Shown here in pieces: positions 12,483 to 23,519 of a DNA stretch of 64,000 nt. Position 1 is the first letter of the stretch; the number at the start of each line of letters is the position of its first letter. Source of the stretch: Takakia lepidozioides (taxonomy: Eukaryota > Plantae > Bryophyta); the NCBI GenBank assembly GCA_030704615.1, contig CM060734.1, positions 2,418,001 to 2,482,000 of the forward strand, given 5' to 3'. The translations under genes and the position numbers were made by a program. Below the pieces are notes generated by a model, which saw nothing but the letters and a program-made list of their open reading frames with translations, made no database searches and was not told the DNA's origin.

Positions 12483-14170
12483 GGAAATGAGGTTCCGCAT
12501 TTCCGTCCGGAGTGATACTTTCGATTGCTGTTGGACGGAAATACGACACCGCATTTCCGTTTTGCATCTTAGTCATGCACCAGTGCGACGGAAAACCTGC
12601 ACCGAGTTTCCGTCCGGGGGAAACCTTTATACTCTCCAAAACGGAAATGCGGTAACGCATTTCCATCCAACAAGCACGGTATGTGAAGGTGGAACGGAAA
12701 TGCGGTACAGCATTTCCGTTCTGATTGAGAATCATGAACCACGGGAACTGAAATGCGGCACCGCATTTCCAACCGAGTCGCACCATCCGACATACCAAAA
12801 CGGAAATGCGGCGCCGCATTTCCGTTTTGTATCTGACGCATGGAGCTGAGGGATAGAAATGCTGCACCGTATTTCCGTCTGTTTGAGACCTTCATACTCT
12901 CCAGAACGCATTTCCGTTCTGACTGAAAATCGTGAACCATTGGAACTCAAATGCGGCACCGCATTTCCGTCTGAGTCGCACCTTCCGACATTCCAGAACG
13001 GAAATGCGGCGCCGTATTTCCGTTTTGTATCTGAGGCATGGAGCCGAGTGACGGAAATGCTGCAGCGCACTTCCGACCGGTTAAGACCTTCATACTCTCC
13101 AGAACGGAAATGCGGTACCGCATTTCCGTTCTGACTGAAAATCGTGAACCATCGAAACTGAAATGCGGCACCGCATTTCCGTCCGAGTCGCACCTTCTGA
13201 CATTCCAGAACGGAAATGCGGCGCCGCATTTTCGTTTTGTATATGAGGCATGGAGCCGAGTGACGGAAATGCTGCGGCGCATTTCCGACTGGTTAAGACC
13301 TTCATACTCTCCAGAACGGAAATGCGGTACCGCATTTCCGTCCAAGTCGCACCTTCCGACATACCAGAACGGAAATGCGGCGCCGCATTTCCGTTTTCTA
13401 TCTCAGGCATGGAGCGGAGGGACGAAAATTTTGCACCGCATTTCCATCTGTTTGAGACCTTCATACTCTTCAGAACGGAAATGCGGTACCGCATTTCCGT
13501 TCTGACTGAAAATCGTGAACCATCGGAACTGAAATGCGGCACCGCATTTCCGTCCGAGTCGCACCTTCTGACATGCCAGAACGGAAATGCGGCGCCACAT
13601 TTCCGTTTTGTATATGAGGCCTGGAGCTGTGGGACGAAAATGCGGTGCCGCAGTTCCATCCATGTGAGACCTTCAAACTTTCCAAACCGGAAATGCGGCA
13701 CCGCATTTCCGTTCAGGTGAGACCTTTATACTTTCCCGAACGGAAATGTGGCACGGCATTTCCGTTCATCAATTAAGGTATGTGAAGGTGGAACGGAAAT
13801 GCGGTACCGCATTTCCGTTCAAATTGAAAATCATGAACCACTGGAACTGAAATGTTGTGCCGCATTTCCGTCCGAATCGCACCTTTCGACATTCCAGAAC
13901 GGAAATGCGGCGCCGCATTTCCCTTTTGTATCTCAGGCATGGAGCTGTGGGACGGAAATGCAACACCGTATTTCTGTTCAACAACTAAGGTATGTGAAGG
14001 TGGAACGGAAATGCGGTGCCGCATTTTCTTCCAACAAGTACGGATGTGTAGCTTCGTGATGGTACTTAACGGAAATGCGGCGCCGCATTTGCATTTTCAC
14101 TCCAACTCATCAGACGCTGGGACGGAAATGCCATGAAATGTGAACACGTGGAGCAACGGAATTGCGGCAC
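12483..14170. repeat. Array of about 30 22-bp palindromes GGAAATGCGG-NN-CCGCATTTCC with 53-bp period and 212-bp higher-order repeat
   Basis: Palindrome starts at 12537, 12590, 12643, 12696, 12749, 12802, 12855, then (after a 14-bp deletion) 12947, 13000, 13053, 13106 and so on to 14007. The 31-bp spacers fall into about five recurring classes. Confidence 0.97.
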
Positions 14171-14795
14171 ATGTCTGCACTCTATCTGACTGAAGTGGCA
14201 TGAGGCGGCGCGGCCTAACCGTTGGATAATGATGTTTGTTTTTTGGACGGCAGGCGTACCCTGAACGATTCGAATTTCGTAATGACGCAAAGTCCACGAG
14301 GAGACACTTTCGTCCAACCCTTTCGAACCCAAGTGGTGCATCACCGCCGTTTCATCTTCTTTTGTCGTGTCTCCTCAGTAACCCCTCTCGCGCCCTTTCC
14401 ATCTGCACTCTTCGACCCTTTTCCCTGTCTCTGTTCTTCTTATGCTCGAACCTGAGAGGGAGGGAGTGCGTGCACCAGAGAAGAGACATCGTCGCAAGCT
14501 CCGCAAATTGTACTTCGAACGTAGGCCAATGCCGAAGGGGAGAAAGCAGATGCGTCTACAGGAGGAGATTGTCATCTCGCAGCATCAGGCCATGCAGGCA
14601 AACCAGCCACCAGTGAGAGCTCCGTGCTATTGGGATTCGCCAGCTGATCGAGCACCAAAACCCGCCTCATTTTTCTTCTGCAATTCTTAGACTGTATGCT
14701 AGGAGACTTGAATGCAGAAGATGTTTGCATGCCTAACCGGAAAAGTGGACGTGCTGGAGGGATCGCAGGAATCCGAAGAGCCGTAGGCAGAGTCT

Positions 14796-17700
14796 GTGGA
14801 GCTAGCTGCAGCACGCACACCCAGCCGATCCACGAGCACGGGTCTTCCTGCCGGGCCTAGCCCTGTGCATTTCAAGGACGCGGCTTCGAAGGGCAAGTCT
14901 TTGCAGTTCAAAGCCCCAGAGAGCGACTCGCGTTCGAAGGTCATGGAGAATCGCCAGCAGGGGTCTAGCCCTTCTCCAGCAAAGACGAAGAAGAAGCAGC
15001 CCGTCCTTCAACTTGTTTCTGAACCGGACCAGGCCGTTTCCCCCCCTCCCAGGCGAATGAAGCAGATTCAATTGCAGCAGACATCTTCACATGCAAGAAT
15101 GAGGAAGCAGAAGACAATCAGGGGGAGGGCGAAGCAGTCTCCCACAAAACCAATTCCACGAGCTGAAGCCCAGTTCCTGCTTGATTTCCAGCCTGGTGAT
15201 GTTGGGGGCATCTCTGCTGCAGCGAAGGCAATGGGATCGACCGATTTCGTCGATCTGATACCGGAGGAGGATGCTGCCTCTCAACGTTCGCAGCAAGACC
15301 TGACCACCGTTGAGGAAGATCTTCATAATACTGCAGGCCCGGAGGAGGCCTCTGCAATTGCAGAATTGTCCGCAAAGATTCCCCAGAGTGCAGCTCCAGT
15401 TGGGGATGCTCCAGCTGCTCAGCCCCTACCGCCACCAGCAGAAATGTCTCCGGAGGAATTCCAAAGTGCAGCGGATACAATGTTGGAGGAGACACATAGT
15501 AGCATTGGCAGAGTTCTGGGCAGCAGGGTATTCCAGCGGACTCTTCGAATCCCACTCTGTCGCATGGTCTCCCTTCCCATCGTCAGGCAGGCACTTCCCG
15601 GAGATGTGGATAAGCTCAAGTTCGCATTTCGAGAAGGGTACCGTCTAGGTTCGCCAGCCTTCTACGTTTCCCTTGAGAATGAGGACGGCAAATCTCGTGG
15701 ACCCACTGTGGATGAATTGTCAACAGGGGATACCCACTGGCACACTCGCAACGACGAATTCGAGGCAACGCTGAAGGGTGATCCAGACTTCGGCCATATG
15801 TCGGGTAAAATGTTCTTTGTGTGGGACGGGAATCACCGACTTCTCGCCTGGTGGGAGTACATCAAGCAGAACCATGCCAAGCACATTAGCTGGCATTACA
15901 TGGTGGAGTGTGTCATCCTCAAGGTGAAGGCGGCAGACTCCTCCCTGCTCAAGAATGCCATGGCGGACCTCAACCGAATGTGAAGGAGCAAGTCGTAATG
16001 CATACAAATTCGTTCGGCTTGTACGTCAAATGGGATGGAACACAGACATTGGAAGACTACGTGACACATTTCAGATGTGCGTACAAGGACAACCTCTTCG
16101 CCAGGGAGCTGCAGACAGCAAGAATGAGCGTGGAGTTTATACATCAGGAGGGAGCGAGAAAAGCTGCAATGCGAATTGCTTACAGGTGAAGCCCAGCTGT
16201 CCTTGTATGCGAAGCCTGGTTATGAGGTTTGTCTGGGAAATGCGGCACCGCATTCGCATTTTAAGTTTTTGGTTGCACTTTGCGAGTACGTTGGTCTCAA
16301 CTTTTGCTCACGCATGTTGACTGCCCTACAGGTATATGAAATACGTGCTTCTTCAGACAGGGGCCCTGGCTCAAGAGCCCCCGTTCTTCATGGCTTGGAC
16401 CGTGGCGGGCCCAAGCTGTGTCTACACACCCGAGATGTAGAAACAATGGCATGCCGCACATCTAGTTGGATGCCCGTGGTACCTGGACATGTCTGGCGGA
16501 ATTGTTGACAAGTCTGAGAAAGATCTGCACGCGAAAGCAGAAGAGAGGAGAAAGGAAAGACGTGTCCCTGCTCGGCCAGAGTCAGCAAAGGAAGTTGCTG
16601 CTCTGGAACAATCCAGAAAGGCAGCTGAGATGGCACAGAAGACGGTGGATATAGCTGTGCAGGCTCAACAGAAGGGGTCCAAGAAGCGGACTTGCCAGCA
16701 AGGAGCAGCAGTTGTGACACCCAAGAAAACAAAGAAGCAGAAACAGATAGTGCAGGTAGAGGGTGAGGAAGAGGACTCCGATGGAGACTTTGCAACCAGC
16801 CCACCCCCCGAGACACAGCCGAAATCCCCTGTGCCCACCGTTGTCACGAGAGGGACGAGAACTGGCTCGGCAAAGAAGGCACTCTTCAACCCCCCGGGGG
16901 GGCACCCTTTCGAGCCGGTGGAAATGAAGAGGCCGAAAGTGGATCCCGATACAGTAGTCCAGTGTGTGAATGAGAGTTTCTTGGCGGCTTTGGATGGACG
17001 GGCAGCGAAGTTGGCATACATGAAGACCATGGAGGGTCTGAAGGGCAGAGCACTGAAGAAGGCGGCTGCCGAAGAGCCTTCCGACACCCCTGGGTTTCTG
17101 AAGATGGTCTCGTTCTTTGAGAGGGTGTGTGCAGACAAGGATTGCAGGAGGGGCGGAAATGCCACCGAGTGGTCTTGCGATATGATCATCTTGGATATTC
17201 CGGACGGAGAGCCTGTGGAAGGACTACAAGCTTTGCCATCTTGGAACAGGTACTCCGAGGACTTTTGGAAGAAAGGATTCGGGCTCGCCCGCATGGTGTT
17301 GGACGACAGAGGCTGTGTGGTTGTCCTGGCGAGCAGAGGCAAAAACACGCAGACAGGAATTGCGAAGTGGACCCGCAAGAGCGTCGTCCCAATTCTGAAG
17401 AAGAAGTGGACATGCATCAACACATTGGGCCTTCGGTCGGAAGGGAAGAAGGTAATTACGACATTGGCACTCGTCCTTTCATTTTCTTTGGAGTTTTGAA
17501 ATGCGGTGCCGCATTCGATTTCTAATCGTTCCCCACTGTGTATGCAGATGAAGCAATTCGATGCATACTGCTTTGTGAAGGAGAACTCCACCTTTGCTTT
17601 CCGGAAGGAGGGATTGTTGGTTGACCCGAACTGCGACCCCATCGATTACGATGTCCTGTTCAACAACGTTCCCACGGAACTTCTCCCTCATAGCCTCACT

Positions 17701-18685
17701 TCAACTGAACCCCTGCGGTATTCACGAACTCGGAGCCCTGCCTTCATTCAGACAATTATGGAGACATGCACTGACGTGGAGGGCACAGTGCTCGACCTCA
17801 TCTGTGGGACAGGTATGCAGAATCTTGTTGTATGCTGTTATGCAAATTCTCGTTATGCTTTCATTCGCAACATCTGAAGGGCCATGTCATAATGTGTGGA
17901 TGGCATTGTAACAGGTGCCTCAATGTGGGCTGGCCAGTTTTCCGACCGGCACCTCTTTGCCTACGAGGATGACACATCCGTCTGGGGATCCCATCTGGAA
18001 GGGCTGCAACGGAATGTGAACGCTCCCATCGAAGCCAAAGACTCCTCGGATTCGTCTGAGTCGGAGGAAGAGACAGTGGACATCGATGCCGAGGAGAACC
18101 CGGAATACGAGTGAGTGCAAACATTGTAAGTTTGCAAAGCCTTCTGGGTGATTTTTTGTCAAACGCATTTCCGGACTGTGGTTCTCATTGGTCTCGTTGG
18201 TGATTGTTATGTGCAGGATTCCAGAATTTGGGTCGAAACATGTAGGGCCTACACTTCCTGCCAGGAAGAATGTCCCGTTCTTTGCGAGGGCCGACTTCAT
18301 GACGAGCCCGGTGAAGGACTACTCCCTTCCTAGTTATGCAGCTAAACTCGCAAATACAGCGATTAGACGATGTGAGAATCCCAGTAAAGTAGAGCAGATT
18401 TTGGAGAGGGCTAGGGAGGACAGAAGGATAAGGAAAGAGTTGGCAACAACTGAGACAGGTAGACGGGTGCGAAAGTTCATATGTGATTCAGCGGATGAGA
18501 GCGATGCAGATAGGGAGGACGACAAGCCAACGGAGGTGAGATGGTCTGTTCCGCAAGGTGAAGATGGGATTTTCGAAAGTCTGGCCAACGATCAGTCTGC
18601 TGGAGATGAGAAAGGCAATGACGGGGTGGAGGCGGAGCAGGACAGTCAAGGACAGGATGACAATAGTGATGATTTTCAAGATTAA
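14796..18685 (+). pseudogene. Spliced ParB/Srx-fold + beta-class N4C/N6A DNA methyltransferase-like gene (family A copy 1)
   Basis: ParB-like IPLCRM...FFVWDGNHRL (15825-15839). Exons ...16185, 16332-17451, 17548-17812, 17915-18110 and 18217-18685 with GT-AG introns. The spliced product reads CDMIILDIPDG...LDDRGCVVV...RSPAFIQTIMETCTDVEGTVLDLICGTGASMWAGQFSDRHLFAYEDD, i.e. motif IV before motif I. Premature TAG at 16438 and a probable deletion near 15977. The 5' end may extend to about 14442. Confidence 0.85.
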
Positions 18686-18821
18686 TAGAATTTTAATGAA
18701 CTCTCTGTACATTTAAATTCTATTCCAAAGTATATAAAGGAAATTCTCCCCGTCCTTCATGTCCCCTCTCCCATGTGCTTCTCAACGACAACATCGTCCA
18801 AACCTGGTCCTTCCCAAAATC

Positions 18822-19596
18822 TGAAATGCGGCACCGCATTTCAATGTCGGAACGGAAATGTGGCAACTGCAAAAACCTCCTTTGGAAATGCGGCACCGCA
18901 TTTCCAAAACCGGGGCAAGAACAATTTTCCGTTTCATGGTTTGGACATCAGAAACTGTTCGGACAAACGGAAATGCGGTGCCGCATTTCCGTTTCCGACA
19001 CGGCAGTTTTGCCGATTGCCAGCTCCTTCCATTGAGGTAAATGGAAATGCGGAGGTCGAACATGGAAATGCGGTGCCGCATTTACCTTTTGGAGATGGAC
19101 ATTTTTCCAACTGCAGACCCATCGACGGAAATGCGGCTCCCCATTCCATGATGCTAGATGGGAATGCGGCACCGCATTCCATTGTCCAATAAGAAATTTC
19201 GATGACGTACATGGAAATGTGGCACCGCATTTCCAAAACGGACATCGTTGTTTGTCCAATTCCAGACCCTTCGATGGAAATGCGGCACCGCATTCCATTG
19301 TGCTCTCCGGAAATGCGGTGCTGCATTTCATTGTCCGGTACGAAATTTCGATGACGGACATGGAAATGCGGTGGCGCATTTCAAGTATGGACATGGACAA
19401 GCATTAGCGACTGGACATGCTCGGACAATTCAAGGTCCAATATGGAAATGCGGCGCCGCATTTCAAATTCGAAGTATGGTAATGCCATGTCAGGAAATGA
19501 AATGTTGTACAACATTTCCGTTACGACGACAACGGAGGAAAGGGAGCTGCCAGAAATCGCTGCATGGTGAAAAATGAAATGTGGTGCCGAATTTCC
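18822..19596. repeat. Second family-A palindrome array (about 15 copies, 149-bp higher-order unit)
   Basis: Starts at 18822, 18854, 18884, 18969, 19043, 19064, 19127, 19160, 19213, 19276, 19309, 19362, 19444, 19498 and 19575. Confidence 0.95.
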
Positions 19597-19872
19597 GAGC
19601 TTCGGCGTGTACATGTTTCCTTTTACTCATAGATGGATTTTCTTCACCTCAGGACTCTGATATCGCTGACTCCGGTATATTCATATAGACAGACACATTG
19701 TAGAAATGAGACCTCAAATTGTAAACAGTGGGCCAATTACGGCAGTTCTTGAACACGATGAAACACAAGCACACAGAAGTGAGGTACGATGGGTTGTTTT
19801 ATTGATCGAACACGGTGTCTCACATTTAGCAACTCCAGACAAATCTAAGCCCTTCCTCCTTCTACATGGGCG

Positions 19873-20525
19873 TCACCAAGTCGACGGAACTTCGATAGCC
19901 CTCAAAACAAGCTCATTACTGATGCGGCACCTCGAGGTAAACTGCAATGCGGTCGATCTGGTGCCCTTGGTGGAGCTGACGACAATGTCATGCCCATCAA
20001 TCATACCACCATCATACATCGACAAGGTCACTGTGGGCCTCATGTGCCCGTGCGATTCGTCTTCGCAACTCAGCCGAATGTCTCTATACACTGGAAAAGC
20101 GGAGTGAACTCCACGAATATAGTTTTCCTCGGTGCCGTCCTCCCTGGTCCACTGGCAGCAGTTCCAGCGCCAAAGTGAGGCCGTGCGTGATCTGTCCGGC
20201 ATCCCATTCCACCTTGGTATATCGAGGTCAACAATTTTCAGGACCCACGGACCGCATTGACCCTCGCCCTCACCTCGCTCAAAGCGGTAATAGCCCTCCA
20301 GATACTCCATTGTGCGCAAAGACTCCCGCTTGATTCCAGAAGCGTCTGTGAAAACAGAGAGCCAGACAATGATGTTTCCTGATTCTGGTTTGAACATAGC
20401 ATAATCGTGGCCATGATAAGGGCAGTCTGTAGGATTTCGACGGCACGACATCCTTGAAAAAAGAGTAGCGGAGTACGCTCAATGACAGCAGCTCCCGGAT
20501 GGAGGAGGCAGCAGCGCGGTGGCTG
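19873..20525 (-). pseudogene. Unknown cargo protein X1 (about 200+ aa), paralog of X2
   Basis: ORF 19873..20451 aligns end to end with X2 and is conserved in copy 2 (57086..57664). A 1-nt frameshift in the A-run near 20457 interrupts the upstream VLRYSF(A/S)RM segment. An upstream exon is possible. Confidence 0.7.
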
Positions 20526-20858
20526 GAAGAAGTTCAAGCAAACGCTGCAATTCCTCACAAACACTCCAGGGCACATTTAAATTTCCCCCCTACAGGAACC
20601 TCCATGGATGAAGATTGGTTGCTCTATGAATGTAGCCGTTTCAGTTTTCTTCCCTGCCATGCAAAGTATGGGCAGTAAGTGCCACGTGGGCCTATAGCCA
20701 CTCGAGACGACGAAGTCCATCCCCCCTTCGATGTAAATGCGGCGCCGAATTTCCATCCGGGGGATGGACTTCGGTGGCAGATTACAAACTATACCCCGTG
20801 GATGAGAAAGAGGTATCGGTTCATCCACCGCTGGCGTGATGAACACGTTACACGCTGA

Positions 20859-21572
20859 TTGGTGGGTACATGTGACCCAGATGCTCCATTATTGGAGCCC
20901 GCACTGCTCTTCCGCTTCTCATCATTTCGAAAATCTAAGGACTTCGTTACTGTCCGCAAGGTCATTGTCATCGGCATCAAAGACGTCCTCAGGTCCTCCT
21001 TTGCAAGGATGCCGTGTTTCCAGAACCGGGACGACTGCCCTTATGGAGGCTTCGATTATGCAATGTATTCGGCCACATCGGGAGACATCGTTATCTGATA
21101 CACAGATTACACAGAAGATATTGGTTTGAATGTGGAAACATTGTCCGCTTTTGAGTATATCCCAGGCCAGTACGCCTTCGAGCGGGGTGACGATCTTGGT
21201 CTGAGGAGTCCGTGGCTCCTGTGCATGCTTGATTCCGATTTTCCCAGCTACGACGGGCACCCATGCAGAAGAATGCGCACTGCTATGCTGTTGCGGTGGA
21301 GCTGCAGCCAGTGGACGTGGGTGGACTCCATCGGAGAGACTTATACTCCTAAAGGAATGCGCTCCTCTTCTCCATTGTATGGGGACATTCGCATTGGTGT
21401 GGATGACGAAAACGTGAAGCTTTCCATATTCGATGGTGGTATGATTGAAGGGCACGACATTGTGGTGAACATCAACAGGGGAGGTACAACGGCTGCAATC
21501 CAGTTTACCTGGAGGAGCCCGATGACTCATGAGCTAGTTCTCAGAGCAGTCGAAGTCCCATTGACAACGTGA
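20859..21572 (+). pseudogene. Unknown cargo protein X2 (about 237 aa), paralog of X1
   Basis: ORFs 20859..21098 and 21126..21572 are in one frame, split by TGA at 21096 where copy 2 has TGG. Confidence 0.75.
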
Positions 21573-21974
21573 CTTGTATTCAGAAGGCACAGGGCTAAAG
21601 ATTTGTTTGCACAATCAGCACAGTAGACGTGCTTCAAATGCACCTCATGTGGATCAATAAAAACCCCATTGTGCCCTCTTTTTGTTCTATTCTGTATCCA
21701 TCGTTCCCAGAATGCATCATTCTTCATTTCGTTTGGGATTGGGAGTATGGGTGGATTTTGCAAGTGGCTGGTAGGCTGAAATGGGCCCCCATTGTACAGA
21801 GCAGTACCACCCTACCATTCGCGAAACATTGCCTTTCAATATGTAATTCTAAAAAAACCTCCTTCATCGGGAGGTCCTTCTCCCCCTATGACCGTGACAC
21901 CCTAAACCCTATTCCAGCGGACACTCATTTCCGGAAAATAGTCCTGCTCATGTTTTTTTCGACACTTACGACTC

Positions 21975-22010
21975 TGCTCATGGCTCATGGCTCATGAAAT
22001 AGCAGCCCCC
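21975..22010 (-). repeat. Right TIR with ATGAGC subrepeats (family A)
   Basis: GCTCATGGCTCATGGCTCATGAAATAGCAGCCCCC. Confidence 0.85.
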
Positions 22011-23519
22011 TGCATGTCTCATGCATATTCCCTGGCTCTAGGGCGCCTCGTTGCTGCCCTTCCAGCCCCGCTCTTGGCACTCCAAGAGCCCTTACACTAT
22101 TGAGTTTCAGATTGAAACTCCAACTTAGCACATGCTTCACAAGTGCACTGATTTGCACACAAGAGGGACCAGCCCCCTCTCTTCACTCATGCCTCCTCAT
22201 GAACTTGGAGCTGAAGCTCCCGATAGGCTGCAATGCATTCCCTCGCAGGGCAGTTGCAGGGTTGAGTGGACCAAAAACGGCAGATCCTGCTCCATGAAAG
22301 TCCATGACCAAAAAAACAAAGTTGAGGATACTATCCCAAAATATTTTTTGAGTGATAGATAATGATATTCTGAACATATTTAGTAAAGAGTCCTACCCCA
22401 AATATTAAAGATATAATTCATTAAACATTTTAGTATATTATTTAGAGAAATTATGAAAAACTAAAAATTAGAGTTTACAAAAAAAAATCAATATGATACC
22501 TAGCCATTGAAGATTATATGATTTTATACTTCTAGAAAAAAAATGACACCCAAAAGCCAAAAAACAAGATGAGCTATGGACTTTTCAAAAAATGCCTATT
22601 GTTTTTACATATATTAGTCCATATGAGTCAAATGACAAATGATTTTGCCACTTCAAATCCATACCTATGATGTGGACCAAAATGGCCACCTTATGTCCAA
22701 ATTTCAATGGAATTCACCAATGGCACATATGAGAACTTGAATCCATTGTAATTCCATTCATTGCGGTAACAGTCCACAATGACGGTGTTCAAAAGTCCAT
22801 AGCGGAGTCATTTCTTATCGGATTCATGATTGAAGAGTTGCTATGGGTGCGTATTGAAGCTAGAAATCCAATGACATATATATTTGCTGGTTTTAATGAG
22901 TTAATTCAATTTCAATTGATGACACCATCAATTGCAGTCATCTAAAACTGTGCTAGTAACATCCATTTTGGACCTTGGTCCAGTCAACCCTACATTCACC
23001 CGCGCAGCTCCACTATTCGGCTGCTCCTCATCTACCCGCAACAACTAGTTTCGGGCAGAAATACCTAGAGCTGATCATATCATCTCCAATCTACTACGCA
23101 ATGACGGCTATCCTACGCTAGCTTCTCATGCACAGCCCACATTCCTGCAGCTCCTTAACTCGGCCTGCAGCTGAAGAAGACGTCCATCAGTTCGCCTACT
23201 CGTGGCCAACATCTCCTCCGCTCACACACTAGAAGCCCAAACTTGGTTGCCATAGCGTTGAGCTATGCAACACTGACCGCCTCTCTATCCATTGCAAACC
23301 TGCAACTTGTTCGTCTTTGCACTCTATCCACTTTGGATAGGCTCATGCACGGATCCCTGCACTCTAGGCTGAACCGCTTTTCATGATCTGAAAACACAAG
23401 TGCTACAACAAACTCGAACGTGGCACTCACAGACTTGAGCTGATCTTTCTCGAGTGATAAAGAAAGAATGATACAAATACACAAGCTCTCTCAAACTCAC
23501 ACATTTGCACATGAAACAT

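Larger units (their letters stand above)
8178..22010. mobile_element. Mutator-like DNA transposon, family A, complete ends (13.8 kb), carrying a ParB-methyltransferase gene, palindrome arrays and two unknown paralogous genes
   Basis: Left end GAGGTTTACTATTTCATGA matches the reverse complement of the right end, GGGGGCTGCTATTTCATGA, at 15/19. Both are followed by ATGAGC repeats. 9-bp TSD TGCATCTCT (8169-8177) / TGCATGTCT (22011-22019). The same right end recurs at 59276 with a different flank. Confidence 0.9.

Noticed and set aside
12483-14170. CRISPR array
   Set aside because: Spacers recur in a fixed higher-order order, repeats are degenerate throughout, no cas genes are present, the same motif occurs singly in introns, and the context is a eukaryotic transposon.
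12388-14344. Many overlapping ORFs with KCGAAF/GNAAPHF/EMRRRIS repeats (also 18773-19614 and 55920-56874)
   Set aside because: They are translations of the palindrome in all six frames; the 53-bp period is not a multiple of three.
16665-17642. 325-aa antisense ORF (also 54192..54854 and 9597..10265)
   Set aside because: Shadow frames opposite real coding exons; no independent motifs.
14796-18685. Bacterial or phage contamination as the source of the ParB-MTase
   Set aside because: The gene has GT-AG introns conserved across two families and lies inside a TSD-bounded element in plant TE context.
8178-22010. KDZ/Zisupton or CACTA classification
   Set aside because: The 9-bp TSD, D..D..CxxH..E pattern and C-terminal SWIM fit Mutator-like elements better; no CACTA ends. 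Not confirmed by profile search.
22572-22803. 13-bp inverted repeat GCTATGGACTTTT as a MITE boundary
   Set aside because: No TSD or second copy is visible in the window.
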